From a virus, in the UHGV virus genome UHGV-1377764: DNA of 43,062 nt; one strand, written 5' to 3'. Both the position numbers and the translations under genes were made by a program. Below, one piece after another: positions 16,840 to 25,369 of this stretch (position 1 is the first letter of the stretch; each line of letters opens with the position of its first letter). A model generated the notes under the pieces. That model ran no database searches. It was given only the letters and a program-made list of their open reading frames with translations, and was not told where the DNA came from.

Positions 16840-18078
16840 TTGAATCGTGAAGAGCAAATCAAAAAGGCACATGATTTATTATCAGAAGGCAAATTCGAAG
16901 AAGCACGTAGTTTAGTTGAAGCAATTAAAAAACAAGATGCAGAAGAGTTAGAAAAAAAAGCTTCTGACAAAAAGCCTGACGAAGATAAAACCGTTGAAGA
17001 AACAAAAGATGAAGAAAAAGAAGAACCAAAAGAGCAAGAACAAGAAAAAAAAGAAGAAAAAGAACCAGAGAAAAAACAAAAAGATGAAGAAAAACGCTCA
17101 TTAGAGCAAAAAGGAGAAGAAAAAAATATGGAAAAAGTAGTGTTAGATGGAAAAGAAATCTCTCAACCAGAAACAGAAGTTCGTGGATTTTTAAATTATG
17201 TACGTTCTCATAACCCTAAAATGGACTTGCGAGCGCTTCCAGAAGGTGTAAAATCAACTGATGTTGGTGCTATTATCCCTCAAGATATTGTTACAAAAAC
17301 AAAAATGTTACCTGAAACAGTTGTGGATTTACGAAATCTAGTTCAAACAGTGAAAGTAAGCACACCTACAGGTAAATACCCAATTTTGAAGTCAACAGAG
17401 GCTGTAATGCACACAGTAGAAGAATTGGAAGCAAATCCAGATTTGGATAAACCACAATTTGAAAATGTATTGTATGATGTTGATACTTATCGTGGACAAA
17501 TTCCAGTTTCTCGTGAATCTTTAGATGATTCAGATGAGGACTTAGGAGCATTGATTGGACGTCATGTTCAACGCATTGCATTAAACACAGCAAATTCTAA
17601 AATTGTTGAAAACTTGAAAACAGCAACACCTAAAACAGTTAAGAATTTGGATGAAATCAAAACAATCATCAATACTGAATTTGACCCAGCATACAACTTG
17701 CAATTTGTAGTTTCTCAATCATTCTATAATGAAGTAGACTTAATGAAAGATAATGAAGGACGTTACCTATTACAACCTTCAATTACAGCTCAATCTGGTA
17801 AATCTTTACTTGGTTTGAATGTAACTGTACTTTCTGATAAATTGTTAGCTGGATCAGAAGCTCCTAATAAAAAAGTAGCATTCTTAGGTGATCCTGCTGG
17901 ATTTACATCATTCTTTGACCGTAATGAAATGGCAGTTCGTTGGCAAGAACATCAACACTATGGAGAAATTCTAGCCGCAGCTATGCGTTTTGACGTTAAA
18001 AAAGTAGACGCAGCAGCTGGTAAATTCTTAACTCTTGATACAGCGGCTGCAGCAGCTTCAGAAGGTCTAGGAGCATAA
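16840..18078 (+). CDS. major capsid protein (HK97 fold) with ~100-aa Glu/Lys-rich N-terminal scaffold-like (delta) domain
   Basis: 412 aa; TTG start 6 nt after GAAGGAGTG; N-terminal KEEK low-complexity followed by Phage_capsid-like region; no separate scaffold gene. Confidence 0.8.
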   Translation: MNREEQIKKAHDLLSEGKFEEARSLVEAIKKQDAEELEKKASDKKPDEDKTVEETKDEEKEEPKEQEQEKKEEKEPEKKQKDEEKRSLEQKGEEKNMEKVVLDGKEISQPETEVRGFLNYVRSHNPKMDLRALPEGVKSTDVGAIIPQDIVTKTKMLPETVVDLRNLVQTVKVSTPTGKYPILKSTEAVMHTVEELEANPDLDKPQFENVLYDVDTYRGQIPVSRESLDDSDEDLGALIGRHVQRIALNTANSKIVENLKTATPKTVKNLDEIKTIINTEFDPAYNLQFVVSQSFYNEVDLMKDNEGRYLLQPSITAQSGKSLLGLNVTVLSDKLLAGSEAPNKKVAFLGDPAGFTSFFDRNEMAVRWQEHQHYGEILAAAMRFDVKKVDAAAGKFLTLDTAAAAASEGLGA

Positions 18079-18154
18079 TATAAACAGCCACGAAGAGGGG
18101 TGGGGCTCATGCCTCATCTCTCTTTTATTATATGATAAAGGAGTGATAAAGTCA

Positions 18155-18493
18155 ATGTTAACAGTAGAAGAAATTAAAAATAATTTACGTATTGACTATG
18201 ATGAGGATGACACCTACTTAGAAATGTTACTTGGAGCAGCACAACTCTATATTTTAGGGAGTATTGAGGTGACGGTATTACCAGATGACCCAAAAACAAA
18301 CACACTAGTATTCATGCTTGTGTCATTGTGGTATGAAAACCGTGTACCAGTTACAAACGCATTACAACAACAAGTACCATTCACTATTACAGCAATGATC
18401 CATCAATTGAGGGGGTTAACTCATGGCGAATATCAAAACATCCAAGCTGAATCAGCGGATTACACTACTAGTGAAGACACGCTCACGAAATGA
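18155..18493 (+). CDS. head-tail connector (gp6-like) protein
   Basis: ORF from GTG 18143 trimmed to ATG (MLTVEEIKNNLRIDY) after AAAGGAGTG; typical gp6-like N-terminus. Confidence 0.6.
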   Translation: MLTVEEIKNNLRIDYDEDDTYLEMLLGAAQLYILGSIEVTVLPDDPKTNTLVFMLVSLWYENRVPVTNALQQQVPFTITAMIHQLRGLTHGEYQNIQAESADYTTSEDTLTK

Positions 18494-18758
18494 GTTCTTT
18501 GAGTGGATTGAAACATGGAATCCAGATAGGAAAATATGGTGTTCCGTCAAACAGCAGTATTTTAAAGACTATCAAGATACTTATGGAACAACGCTCGCTA
18601 ATACAACAAACTTTATTATTAGATATGATACAGGACACCTGGTTTCAAAATCTAATCGTATTGAGTTCAAAGGTAAACAATACAGAATAGAAGACATTCT
18701 GGAAGGTTCATTTGATAGAGACTTTACTACATTAGTATGCAAACAAGTGGAGGATTAA
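18423..18758 (+). CDS. head-tail adaptor / head closure protein
   Basis: 111 aa, strong RBS GAGGGGG; 71-nt overlap with upstream gene. Confidence 0.55.
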   Translation: MANIKTSKLNQRITLLVKTRSRNEFFEWIETWNPDRKIWCSVKQQYFKDYQDTYGTTLANTTNFIIRYDTGHLVSKSNRIEFKGKQYRIEDILEGSFDRDFTTLVCKQVED

Positions 18759-18760
18759 CC

Positions 18761-19135
18761 ATGAAAAAGAATTATGTGGATTTTAGCTCAGCTTATAAAG
18801 CTATAGGAAAAACAGAAAAAGAACTTGAGAAAGCAATGATTAAGTCTGTAGAAGTAGCTGGAGAATATGCGTCAAAACAGCTGAAGACTCAGACTCCAAT
18901 TGATTATGACACGAAAACACACATGAAAGACCACGTAGTGTACAGTAAACCTACTTCAAAAAAACCAGTGTCAGAAGTTGGATTTGATAAAAAAGTAGCA
19001 TGGCGCGCGCATTTTGTAGAATTTGGAACAATTAAACAAGACCCACAAGCCTTTATACAAAAAACATTACAAGATATAGAGAGTAAAGTTGCAGATATTA
19101 TTCAAAGTGAAATGATGAGGAGGATGAAACAATGA
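18761..19135 (+). CDS. tail component, HK97 gp10-like
   Basis: ORF 18737..19135 trimmed to MKKNYVDF after GGAGGATTAACC; motif GFDKKVAWRAHFVEFGT typical of HK97-gp10 family. Confidence 0.6.
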   Translation: MKKNYVDFSSAYKAIGKTEKELEKAMIKSVEVAGEYASKQLKTQTPIDYDTKTHMKDHVVYSKPTSKKPVSEVGFDKKVAWRAHFVEFGTIKQDPQAFIQKTLQDIESKVADIIQSEMMRRMKQ

Positions 19136-19497
19136 AATTACCAATTCTAATGATTGCGGAAATATTGGAAGAATCCATTCCAGAAATAAATTGGTTTGTC
19201 AATCAGATAGAAGAAGAGAAACAAGTAAACCCACCTTATCCACTAGGACGTATCGTAGAGTTGTCTGGTGACTATGTAGATTATGCCTCAGAGCAACCTA
19301 ATTATCTAACAACAATAGTTCAAGTGGATGTGTGGGTACGTGATGTACAAGAATCAAACAAGTATTACTTTTTACTTGATAAAGTTATGAGAGAGCAAGG
19401 CATTCAATGCTCATACACAGAAGACACGCAAGATCAAGATTTGAAAGAAGGACGTAGAATTATTAAGCGATATGTATTGTCACAACGTGTGTTGTGA
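19132..19497 (+). CDS. tail terminator / tail completion protein
   Basis: 121 aa, ATGA overlap, position upstream of major tail protein. Confidence 0.5.
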   Translation: MKLPILMIAEILEESIPEINWFVNQIEEEKQVNPPYPLGRIVELSGDYVDYASEQPNYLTTIVQVDVWVRDVQESNKYYFLLDKVMREQGIQCSYTEDTQDQDLKEGRRIIKRYVLSQRVL

Positions 19498-19568
19498 TCA
19501 AACACAAAGCGTTGATAATATGCTATAATTAACCTAGTAAGAAAATAAAAATAAAAGGAGTTTTTAGT

Positions 19569-20135
19569 ATGGCATTAGTAGGGTTTGAAAAAGCCATTAT
19601 CTCTGTACCTAACGCAGGCGGTACTGGCGTGGAACAATTAGTAATTGATAAGACAGGCGGAGGTACCATTGAAGCAAGTATCTCAGGCATTTCACCAGAT
19701 CAAACAACAGTATACGCTTCAAATGTACCAATTTGGGTATCCGCAAAAGGTGTGGGTGAGTTAACAGCTTCATTAAATGTATTTGATCTTTACAAAAACG
19801 GTGTATATGAAAAAATCATGGGTATTACACGTGACTCAGATGGAGTTGCTATGGTAGGACAAGATACTGAAGCACCTTATGTATCAGTAGTCTTTGTATC
19901 AAGCACAGCAGATGGGAAGAAGATGCTTCTTGGTTTAACCAAAGGACGCTTCTCACACCCTGAATTAGCATTGAATACTACAGAATCTGGTGGAACAGAA
20001 CCAAATACAGAAACGATTGAAGGTTCATTTGTAACGGACTCGCGTGGTATTGCTTACATGAGTGGTGTGGAAGATGGTACTAAGTTAACACTAGAAAAAT
20101 TTATTAACAAAGTTAATAATGTATCAGAAGGTTAA
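19569..20135 (+). CDS. major tail protein
   Basis: 188 aa, Gly/Thr/Ser-rich, followed by terminator; extended -10 TGCTATAAT upstream. Confidence 0.75.
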   Translation: MALVGFEKAIISVPNAGGTGVEQLVIDKTGGGTIEASISGISPDQTTVYASNVPIWVSAKGVGELTASLNVFDLYKNGVYEKIMGITRDSDGVAMVGQDTEAPYVSVVFVSSTADGKKMLLGLTKGRFSHPELALNTTESGGTEPNTETIEGSFVTDSRGIAYMSGVEDGTKLTLEKFINKVNNVSEG

Positions 20136-20147
20136 CCCTTAAACCTA

Positions 20148-20175
20148 GTCTTAATTGGCTAGGTTTTTTATTTAC
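20148..20175 (+). terminator. terminator hairpin after major tail gene (CCTAGTCTTAATTGGCTAGG + T6)
   Basis: Read directly. Confidence 0.55.
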
Positions 20176-20239
20176 ACACTTGAGGGATTATATGATATAA
20201 TGAAGTAGTAAAGATAAATAAAACATTGGAGGAACTAAA

Positions 20240-20569
20240 ATGATTACACTAAAATTAGAAATTGACGGAAAAACAAAAGAGTTTAAACAAAAATCAGTTA
20301 AAGTGCGTTCAATGCGTGAAATGATGAAGTTTCAAGCACGTATGGAAAAGGTACAATCTGGAGAGGAAGAAATGTCACCATTAGAACAAATTGACGCGAT
20401 GGTAATGTTAGTGGCGGATGTATTTGACAATCCAGAAGTAAACTTTGAAAACATTATTGATGGAGTTGAAGCAGATAAACTAGAAGAAGTACTTGGTGGC
20501 GTATTTGACGCTATTGGTGGTGGACAAGCAGCACCAGCAAAAAAGGAGAAAAAGACCTCTCAGAAATAA
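20240..20569 (+). CDS. tail assembly chaperone (gpG-like)
   Basis: 109 aa, acidic, immediately upstream of tape measure; carries slippery site near 3' end. Confidence 0.75.
   Translation: MITLKLEIDGKTKEFKQKSVKVRSMREMMKFQARMEKVQSGEEEMSPLEQIDAMVMLVADVFDNPEVNFENIIDGVEADKLEEVLGGVFDAIGGGQAAPAKKEKKTSQK
20539..20545 (+). promoter_or_regulatory. -1 programmed ribosomal frameshift slippery heptamer A_AAA_AAG (G to G-T fusion)
   Basis: gcA AAA AAG in G frame; -1 frame continues KKGEKDLSEISWEEHLEAMDKMYTDLL... to stop at 20799, matching frame of ORF 20593..20799. Confidence 0.75.
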
Positions 20570-20799
20570 GCTGGGAGGAACATCTTGAAGCAATGGATAA
20601 GATGTACACTGACCTTCTATCCAGTGAGTCTGGAACATGGTCTCTATCAGAAATTAACAACGCAGACTATAATTTACTAATGGAACTATTTACAAAAGAC
20701 AATAAACCTAAAAAAGAAAAACTGCAAGACCCAATAGATTTCTTTGGTACATTTATGAGTCCACAAGATATAGCAAAAGTAAAAGGTGAGACACTTTAG
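20545..20799 (+). CDS. T-extension of tail assembly chaperone (G-T frameshift product C-terminal portion)
   Basis: Frame analysis: G frame = pos mod 3 = 2, ORF 20593 frame = 1, -1 shift links them. Confidence 0.65.
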   Translation, partial: GEKDLSEISWEEHLEAMDKMYTDLLSSESGTWSLSEINNADYNLLMELFTKDNKPKKEKLQDPIDFFGTFMSPQDIAKVKGETL

Positions 20800-20823
20800 C
20801 ACACAGCTAGAGTGTCTCTTTTT
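20788..20823 (+). terminator. rho-independent terminator (GAGACACT..AGTGTCTC + T5) followed by extended -10 TGTTATAATAG
   Basis: Read directly. Confidence 0.65.
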
Positions 20824-20866
20824 ATGTTATAATAGATTAAGAAAGCAAGCAAAAGGAGTGAAATGC

Positions 20867-23800
20867 ATGGCACAAGATAGACCTATAGGAAATATGAAAT
20901 TTGGCATTGGTTTTGATGGGTTTGATGAGTCTTTAAATACATTAGATAAATTAAACAAAGCCTTAAAACAATCAGAGTCAAGTATGAAGGCAACGATGTC
21001 AACATTTGATAAGGCTGGAGCCTCTGCTGAAGACTTATCACGCAAACAACAAGGATTAATTGATACTACAGAATTACAATCAAAGAAAATACAATTGTTG
21101 GAAAAACGTAGAGAGGAATATATTCAAACCTACGGAAAAGAATCCAAACAAGTGGCTAATGTTACAACTCAAATAAACACAGCTACTGTTAAATACAATA
21201 AGTTATCAAAAGAGCTTGACTCAACTAAACAAGCTTACATTCTAGCTAGTGCTGGCGTGGATAAATACGCTTCAGCAATCAAAGACAATGAAAAAGCAAT
21301 GAATGATGAAATTAAAGCATTCAAAGAAGCTGGAGATAAAGCTGGAGAGCTTGAAGCAAAGCAACGTGGACTAACAAAACAAGCAGAGTTAACAGAGCAA
21401 GCCATTGAATCACAAAAACAAGCAATAAACAAAATGGCGCAAGAGTTTGGTGAATCATCAACCCAAGTAGCACAAGCACAAGCTAAATTAGAAGACTTCA
21501 AACGTTCAGCAAAAAATACAGATACACGATTAGATGGTGTAACTAATGCACTATCTGAGTTAAAAAGAGAAGCTTCTAATGTAGACGATAAAGTAGATAA
21601 AGCTGGAGACGCACTTGAAGAAGCAGGTAAACAAGGTAATAAAGCGGAAGCTGGTTTTAAAAACGCAGCCAAAGAATTTAGTGCCTTAGCTACAGGTCTA
21701 GCAGTTGCCATATCAACAAAAGCTCTAGATATGGCAACTGAGGCAGCAGACGCTCTGAAAGAATCATTCAATGAAGTAGTGGAAGCCTCTAATAGATTTC
21801 AGGGCAAAATGGGAATTACGAAAGGTGAATCTAAGCAGTTCCTAAATTTTGCCAATGAGTTAGTAAAATCAGGAATGGTAGACTCATTGGAAGAAGCCCA
21901 AGAGGCTATTACACAAGTCTATCAAACAGCTGGTAAAAAAGTTACACCAGAAGGATTGAAACAATTAACTAAATACGCAATATCATTCAGTAAAACATTT
22001 GATACAGATGTAAATGAGACCATGCGTGGTGCGTCACGTATGATGGAAAACTTTGGGATTAGTGCTGAAGAAGCTTTTGACTTACTTACAGCAGGTGCAC
22101 AAAATGGACTGAATCAATCAAACGAGTTAGCAGATAACATGGCGGAATACTCTCAATTATTTGGTCAAATGGGGTTTACAGCAGAGGAAACATTTAGTTT
22201 ACTTGAAGCTGGTCTAGACGGTGGAGCATATAACTTAGACAAAGTAAATGATTTAATCAAAGAGATGGGGATATCATTAACAGACGGACGTTTTGAAGAA
22301 AACGCAGATATGTTCAGTGAATCAACAAGAAACCTGTTTAATGAGTGGAAAAACGGTAAAGCAACTCAGGGTGCAGTAGTTAAGAGTATGATGAATGACT
22401 TTTCCAATATGGAAGGAGGATATGCTTCTCTAAATAAAGCGAGTACAGTCTGGTCTGCCTTAGGAGAAGACAACTCACTTAAAGTCATCAAAGCAATGGC
22501 AGGAGCTAGTAATTCCTTTGGAGAAACTAAAGGAAGCGCAGAAGATCTGAATAACACTATGACTAACACTACAGCATGGGATGCTTTCACCAACGGAGTG
22601 AAAGGTACGGTCAATTCAATTGCTATCTGGGCACAAGAGTTTACTGGTGGGATGACACAACCAATTGAAAATTTCTTCAATAAAACATTGCCTAATGCCA
22701 TGAAAACCCTTGATTTCTTTTTCTTTTATGTTGAAAACTTCATCTCAAACTTAAAAGATATTATTGGTAAAATGTGGAGCGGAAAAGATACAATAAATGA
22801 CCAACATATTTTAAATATGATGGGATTCAGCTGGGAAAGTATCTGGGCTCTAGATGATTTCATCACACAGGTTAAAGAGAAAGGTGAAGTATTAACTCAG
22901 TATATTAAAGGTTTCTGGCAACTGTTTACTGGTGATGAAGCTACTCAAATGCAAGGATACTCCTTACTACGTTCATTAGGGATGAGTCAAGAAGACATAG
23001 AAGTATTAGAAACAGCTAAAGAAAATGTTAAGACTGCTCTTGATTCTGTTAAAGAAACTATTGTAAGACTTCTTGAAGACGGCTTGGACAAAATGATTCA
23101 AGCATGGAAAGACTTAGTTAAGATTTGGGAGGAGGTAATTGCACCTGATTTATTACCTCTGTTTGAACAGTTTGCTGGATGGCTCAGTCGTATCACAGGT
23201 TACTTAGCAGACATTAGTGGCGCACTAGATAACTTTGGTGGATCAGGAAAACGCAACAGTGACATTCTTATTAATGCATTCACTATATTATGGGAAACAC
23301 TGAAAATAAAACTTGGGCTCATCATGGCAACAATAGAAACAACCATGATTATCATTTCTAGTACAATCAAGATTTGGAGTGATATTTTCAAAGGTGATTG
23401 GGAAGGCGCTTGGAATGGTATTAAAGGTATGTATGATCGCATATCTGATTCAATCAAAACCAATTTGAAAAACACATTCTTAGGTGATATGATTAAAAGT
23501 ATTGAAGACTGGAATATTAGAACAACAAAGGCGTTCACTGGTTGGATTACTGATATATCTATTAAGTTTGGTACATGGCTAACCAACATGAAGACGTGGT
23601 TCAAAAACTTACCAGGAGAATTAGCTGAGAAGTTTAAATCAGGAGGAAGTACATTAGCAAACGCCTTTAAATCTGTATTTAATGGAGCGCTTAAAGCGAT
23701 AGGTAAACCAGTGAATGGTATTATCAAGGGGGCTTCATGGGTACTTGAAAAATTGGGCGCAGAACCTCTGCAAGAATGGGACGTACCGCAATACGCCACA

Positions 23801-25351
23801 GGTACTCCAAAAGGTGGACATCCAATCAATGGGCCAATGATGGTTAATGATGGACGTGGAGCAGAAACAGTTATCACACCAGATGGTAGAGCCTTCATAC
23901 CTAAAGGACGCAACGTTGTTCTAAACGCACCAAAAGGCACACATGTCTTGACAGCAGAAGAAACAGCACAACTTCAAGGTTCAAAAGCGCCTCGTTATCG
24001 TTACAAAAAAGGTACTAACTTCTTTGGTAACATGTGGGACAGTGTGAAAAATGTTGCTGGTAATGTAGGAAACACACTTAAAAATGTAGTAGGTGACGTG
24101 TGGGATTTCATTTCAGACCCTGGGGCGTTAGCTAGGAAAGTACTTGGTGGTTTAGATGTGTTAGGTGGATTGACAAAATATCCATTAGAAGTAGGTAAAG
24201 GCATACTATCTAAAGCCACAAGCGCACTTACTGAAAAAATCACTGGGTTGTTCTCATCAGGTAACTTGGATACATCTATAGGAACAAATGGTGTCTATAA
24301 ATATTTAGCAGATGTTGCTAAGTCTGTGATGAAGAAATTCCCAGGTTTCATGGTAACTAGTGGGTATAGACCAGGTGACCAGTATTCACATGGTAAACGT
24401 AATGCCATTGATATTGCATTGCCAGGTGTCACAGGAGGCTCACCTAGATACACAGAAGCAGCCAACTATGCGTTTGACAAATTCGCTTCCAAGATTGGTT
24501 ACGTAATCACTAATGGTAAGGTTCGTGACCGTTCAGGACAATCAGGTCAACCAGCAACTGGTGCATGGGAGCCATGGCCCCCTGGAGACCACTACGACCA
24601 CGTGCATTTGAACGGTATAAAAGACCCACAAAACACGCAAATATCAGGCGATAGCGTGGGAGGCAGTGGTGTAGAAAGATGGCGTAATGTAGCCATTAGA
24701 GCATTGAAAATGACTGGTCAATACAGCGCAGGAAATCTAAATGCGTTACTAAATCAAATGCGTACAGAGTCAAATGGTAATCCTAAAGCGATTAACTTGT
24801 GGGATCCAAACGCTATGAAGGGTACACCATCAAAAGGATTAATGCAGGTTATTGACCCAACCTTTAGACAATACGCAATGCCAGGGTTCAATAGTAATAT
24901 CTATGACCCATTATCTAACATTCTAGCATCAATCAGATACGCACTGGCAACCTATGGTTCATTAGGAAATGCATATCGTGGGGTTGGCTATGAAAATGGT
25001 GGAATCATCACCAAAGAACACTTTGCAAGACTTGGAGAAGGTAACAAGGAAGAAGTAGTCATTCCACTAACTGGCTCTGGTTTAAAACGTTCAAGAGCTA
25101 TGCAACTACTGGCATATGCCAATGAGAAACTTGGTAAAAACAATGATACACCTACACCATTGAGTGGTAATAATTCTAATCAAGACTTAACCATCTTGAT
25201 TAATTTGATGCAACAACAAAATGAACTCTTAATGGCGTTACTTGATAAGTCAGCTACGATTGAACTTGATGGACGTAAGGTAAGTAAAGAAATTACAAAG
25301 TATCAAGAATCAGAAACACGTAATAGAAATAGACAAATGGGATTAATATAA
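20867..25351 (+). CDS. tape measure protein with C-terminal M15-like peptidase and SLT lytic transglycosylase domains
   Basis: ORF 20786..25351 trimmed to ATG (MAQDRPIGN) 6 nt after AAGGAGTG; coiled-coil N-half; YSHGKRNAIDI...DHYDHVH (LAS/M15-like Zn motif) and ESNGNPKAI...GLMQV (SLT motif). Confidence 0.8.
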   Translation: MAQDRPIGNMKFGIGFDGFDESLNTLDKLNKALKQSESSMKATMSTFDKAGASAEDLSRKQQGLIDTTELQSKKIQLLEKRREEYIQTYGKESKQVANVTTQINTATVKYNKLSKELDSTKQAYILASAGVDKYASAIKDNEKAMNDEIKAFKEAGDKAGELEAKQRGLTKQAELTEQAIESQKQAINKMAQEFGESSTQVAQAQAKLEDFKRSAKNTDTRLDGVTNALSELKREASNVDDKVDKAGDALEEAGKQGNKAEAGFKNAAKEFSALATGLAVAISTKALDMATEAADALKESFNEVVEASNRFQGKMGITKGESKQFLNFANELVKSGMVDSLEEAQEAITQVYQTAGKKVTPEGLKQLTKYAISFSKTFDTDVNETMRGASRMMENFGISAEEAFDLLTAGAQNGLNQSNELADNMAEYSQLFGQMGFTAEETFSLLEAGLDGGAYNLDKVNDLIKEMGISLTDGRFEENADMFSESTRNLFNEWKNGKATQGAVVKSMMNDFSNMEGGYASLNKASTVWSALGEDNSLKVIKAMAGASNSFGETKGSAEDLNNTMTNTTAWDAFTNGVKGTVNSIAIWAQEFTGGMTQPIENFFNKTLPNAMKTLDFFFFYVENFISNLKDIIGKMWSGKDTINDQHILNMMGFSWESIWALDDFITQVKEKGEVLTQYIKGFWQLFTGDEATQMQGYSLLRSLGMSQEDIEVLETAKENVKTALDSVKETIVRLLEDGLDKMIQAWKDLVKIWEEVIAPDLLPLFEQFAGWLSRITGYLADISGALDNFGGSGKRNSDILINAFTILWETLKIKLGLIMATIETTMIIISSTIKIWSDIFKGDWEGAWNGIKGMYDRISDSIKTNLKNTFLGDMIKSIEDWNIRTTKAFTGWITDISIKFGTWLTNMKTWFKNLPGELAEKFKSGGSTLANAFKSVFNGALKAIGKPVNGIIKGASWVLEKLGAEPLQEWDVPQYATGTPKGGHPINGPMMVNDGRGAETVITPDGRAFIPKGRNVVLNAPKGTHVLTAEETAQLQGSKAPRYRYKKGTNFFGNMWDSVKNVAGNVGNTLKNVVGDVWDFISDPGALARKVLGGLDVLGGLTKYPLEVGKGILSKATSALTEKITGLFSSGNLDTSIGTNGVYKYLADVAKSVMKKFPGFMVTSGYRPGDQYSHGKRNAIDIALPGVTGGSPRYTEAANYAFDKFASKIGYVITNGKVRDRSGQSGQPATGAWEPWPPGDHYDHVHLNGIKDPQNTQISGDSVGGSGVERWRNVAIRALKMTGQYSAGNLNALLNQMRTESNGNPKAINLWDPNAMKGTPSKGLMQVIDPTFRQYAMPGFNSNIYDPLSNILASIRYALATYGSLGNAYRGVGYENGGIITKEHFARLGEGNKEEVVIPLTGSGLKRSRAMQLLAYANEKLGKNNDTPTPLSGNNSNQDLTILINLMQQQNELLMALLDKSATIELDGRKVSKEITKYQESETRNRNRQMGLI

Positions 25352-25369
25352 ATAATTAGGAGTGATTAC

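Noticed and set aside
18090-18135. Possible terminator after the capsid gene (gaggggtggggctcatgcctcatctctctttt) followed by a TATGAT -10
   Set aside because: The stem is imperfect and the downstream -10 (tatgataaag) does not match the clean TGnTATAAT pattern seen elsewhere; too ambiguous to annotate.
21235-24243. Several minus-strand ORFs (178, 111, 246, 80 aa) inside the tape measure gene
   Set aside because: Antisense to a well-supported 1494-aa coding frame; Ala/Ser/Leu-rich compositions mirror the sense-strand codon bias; no start context.
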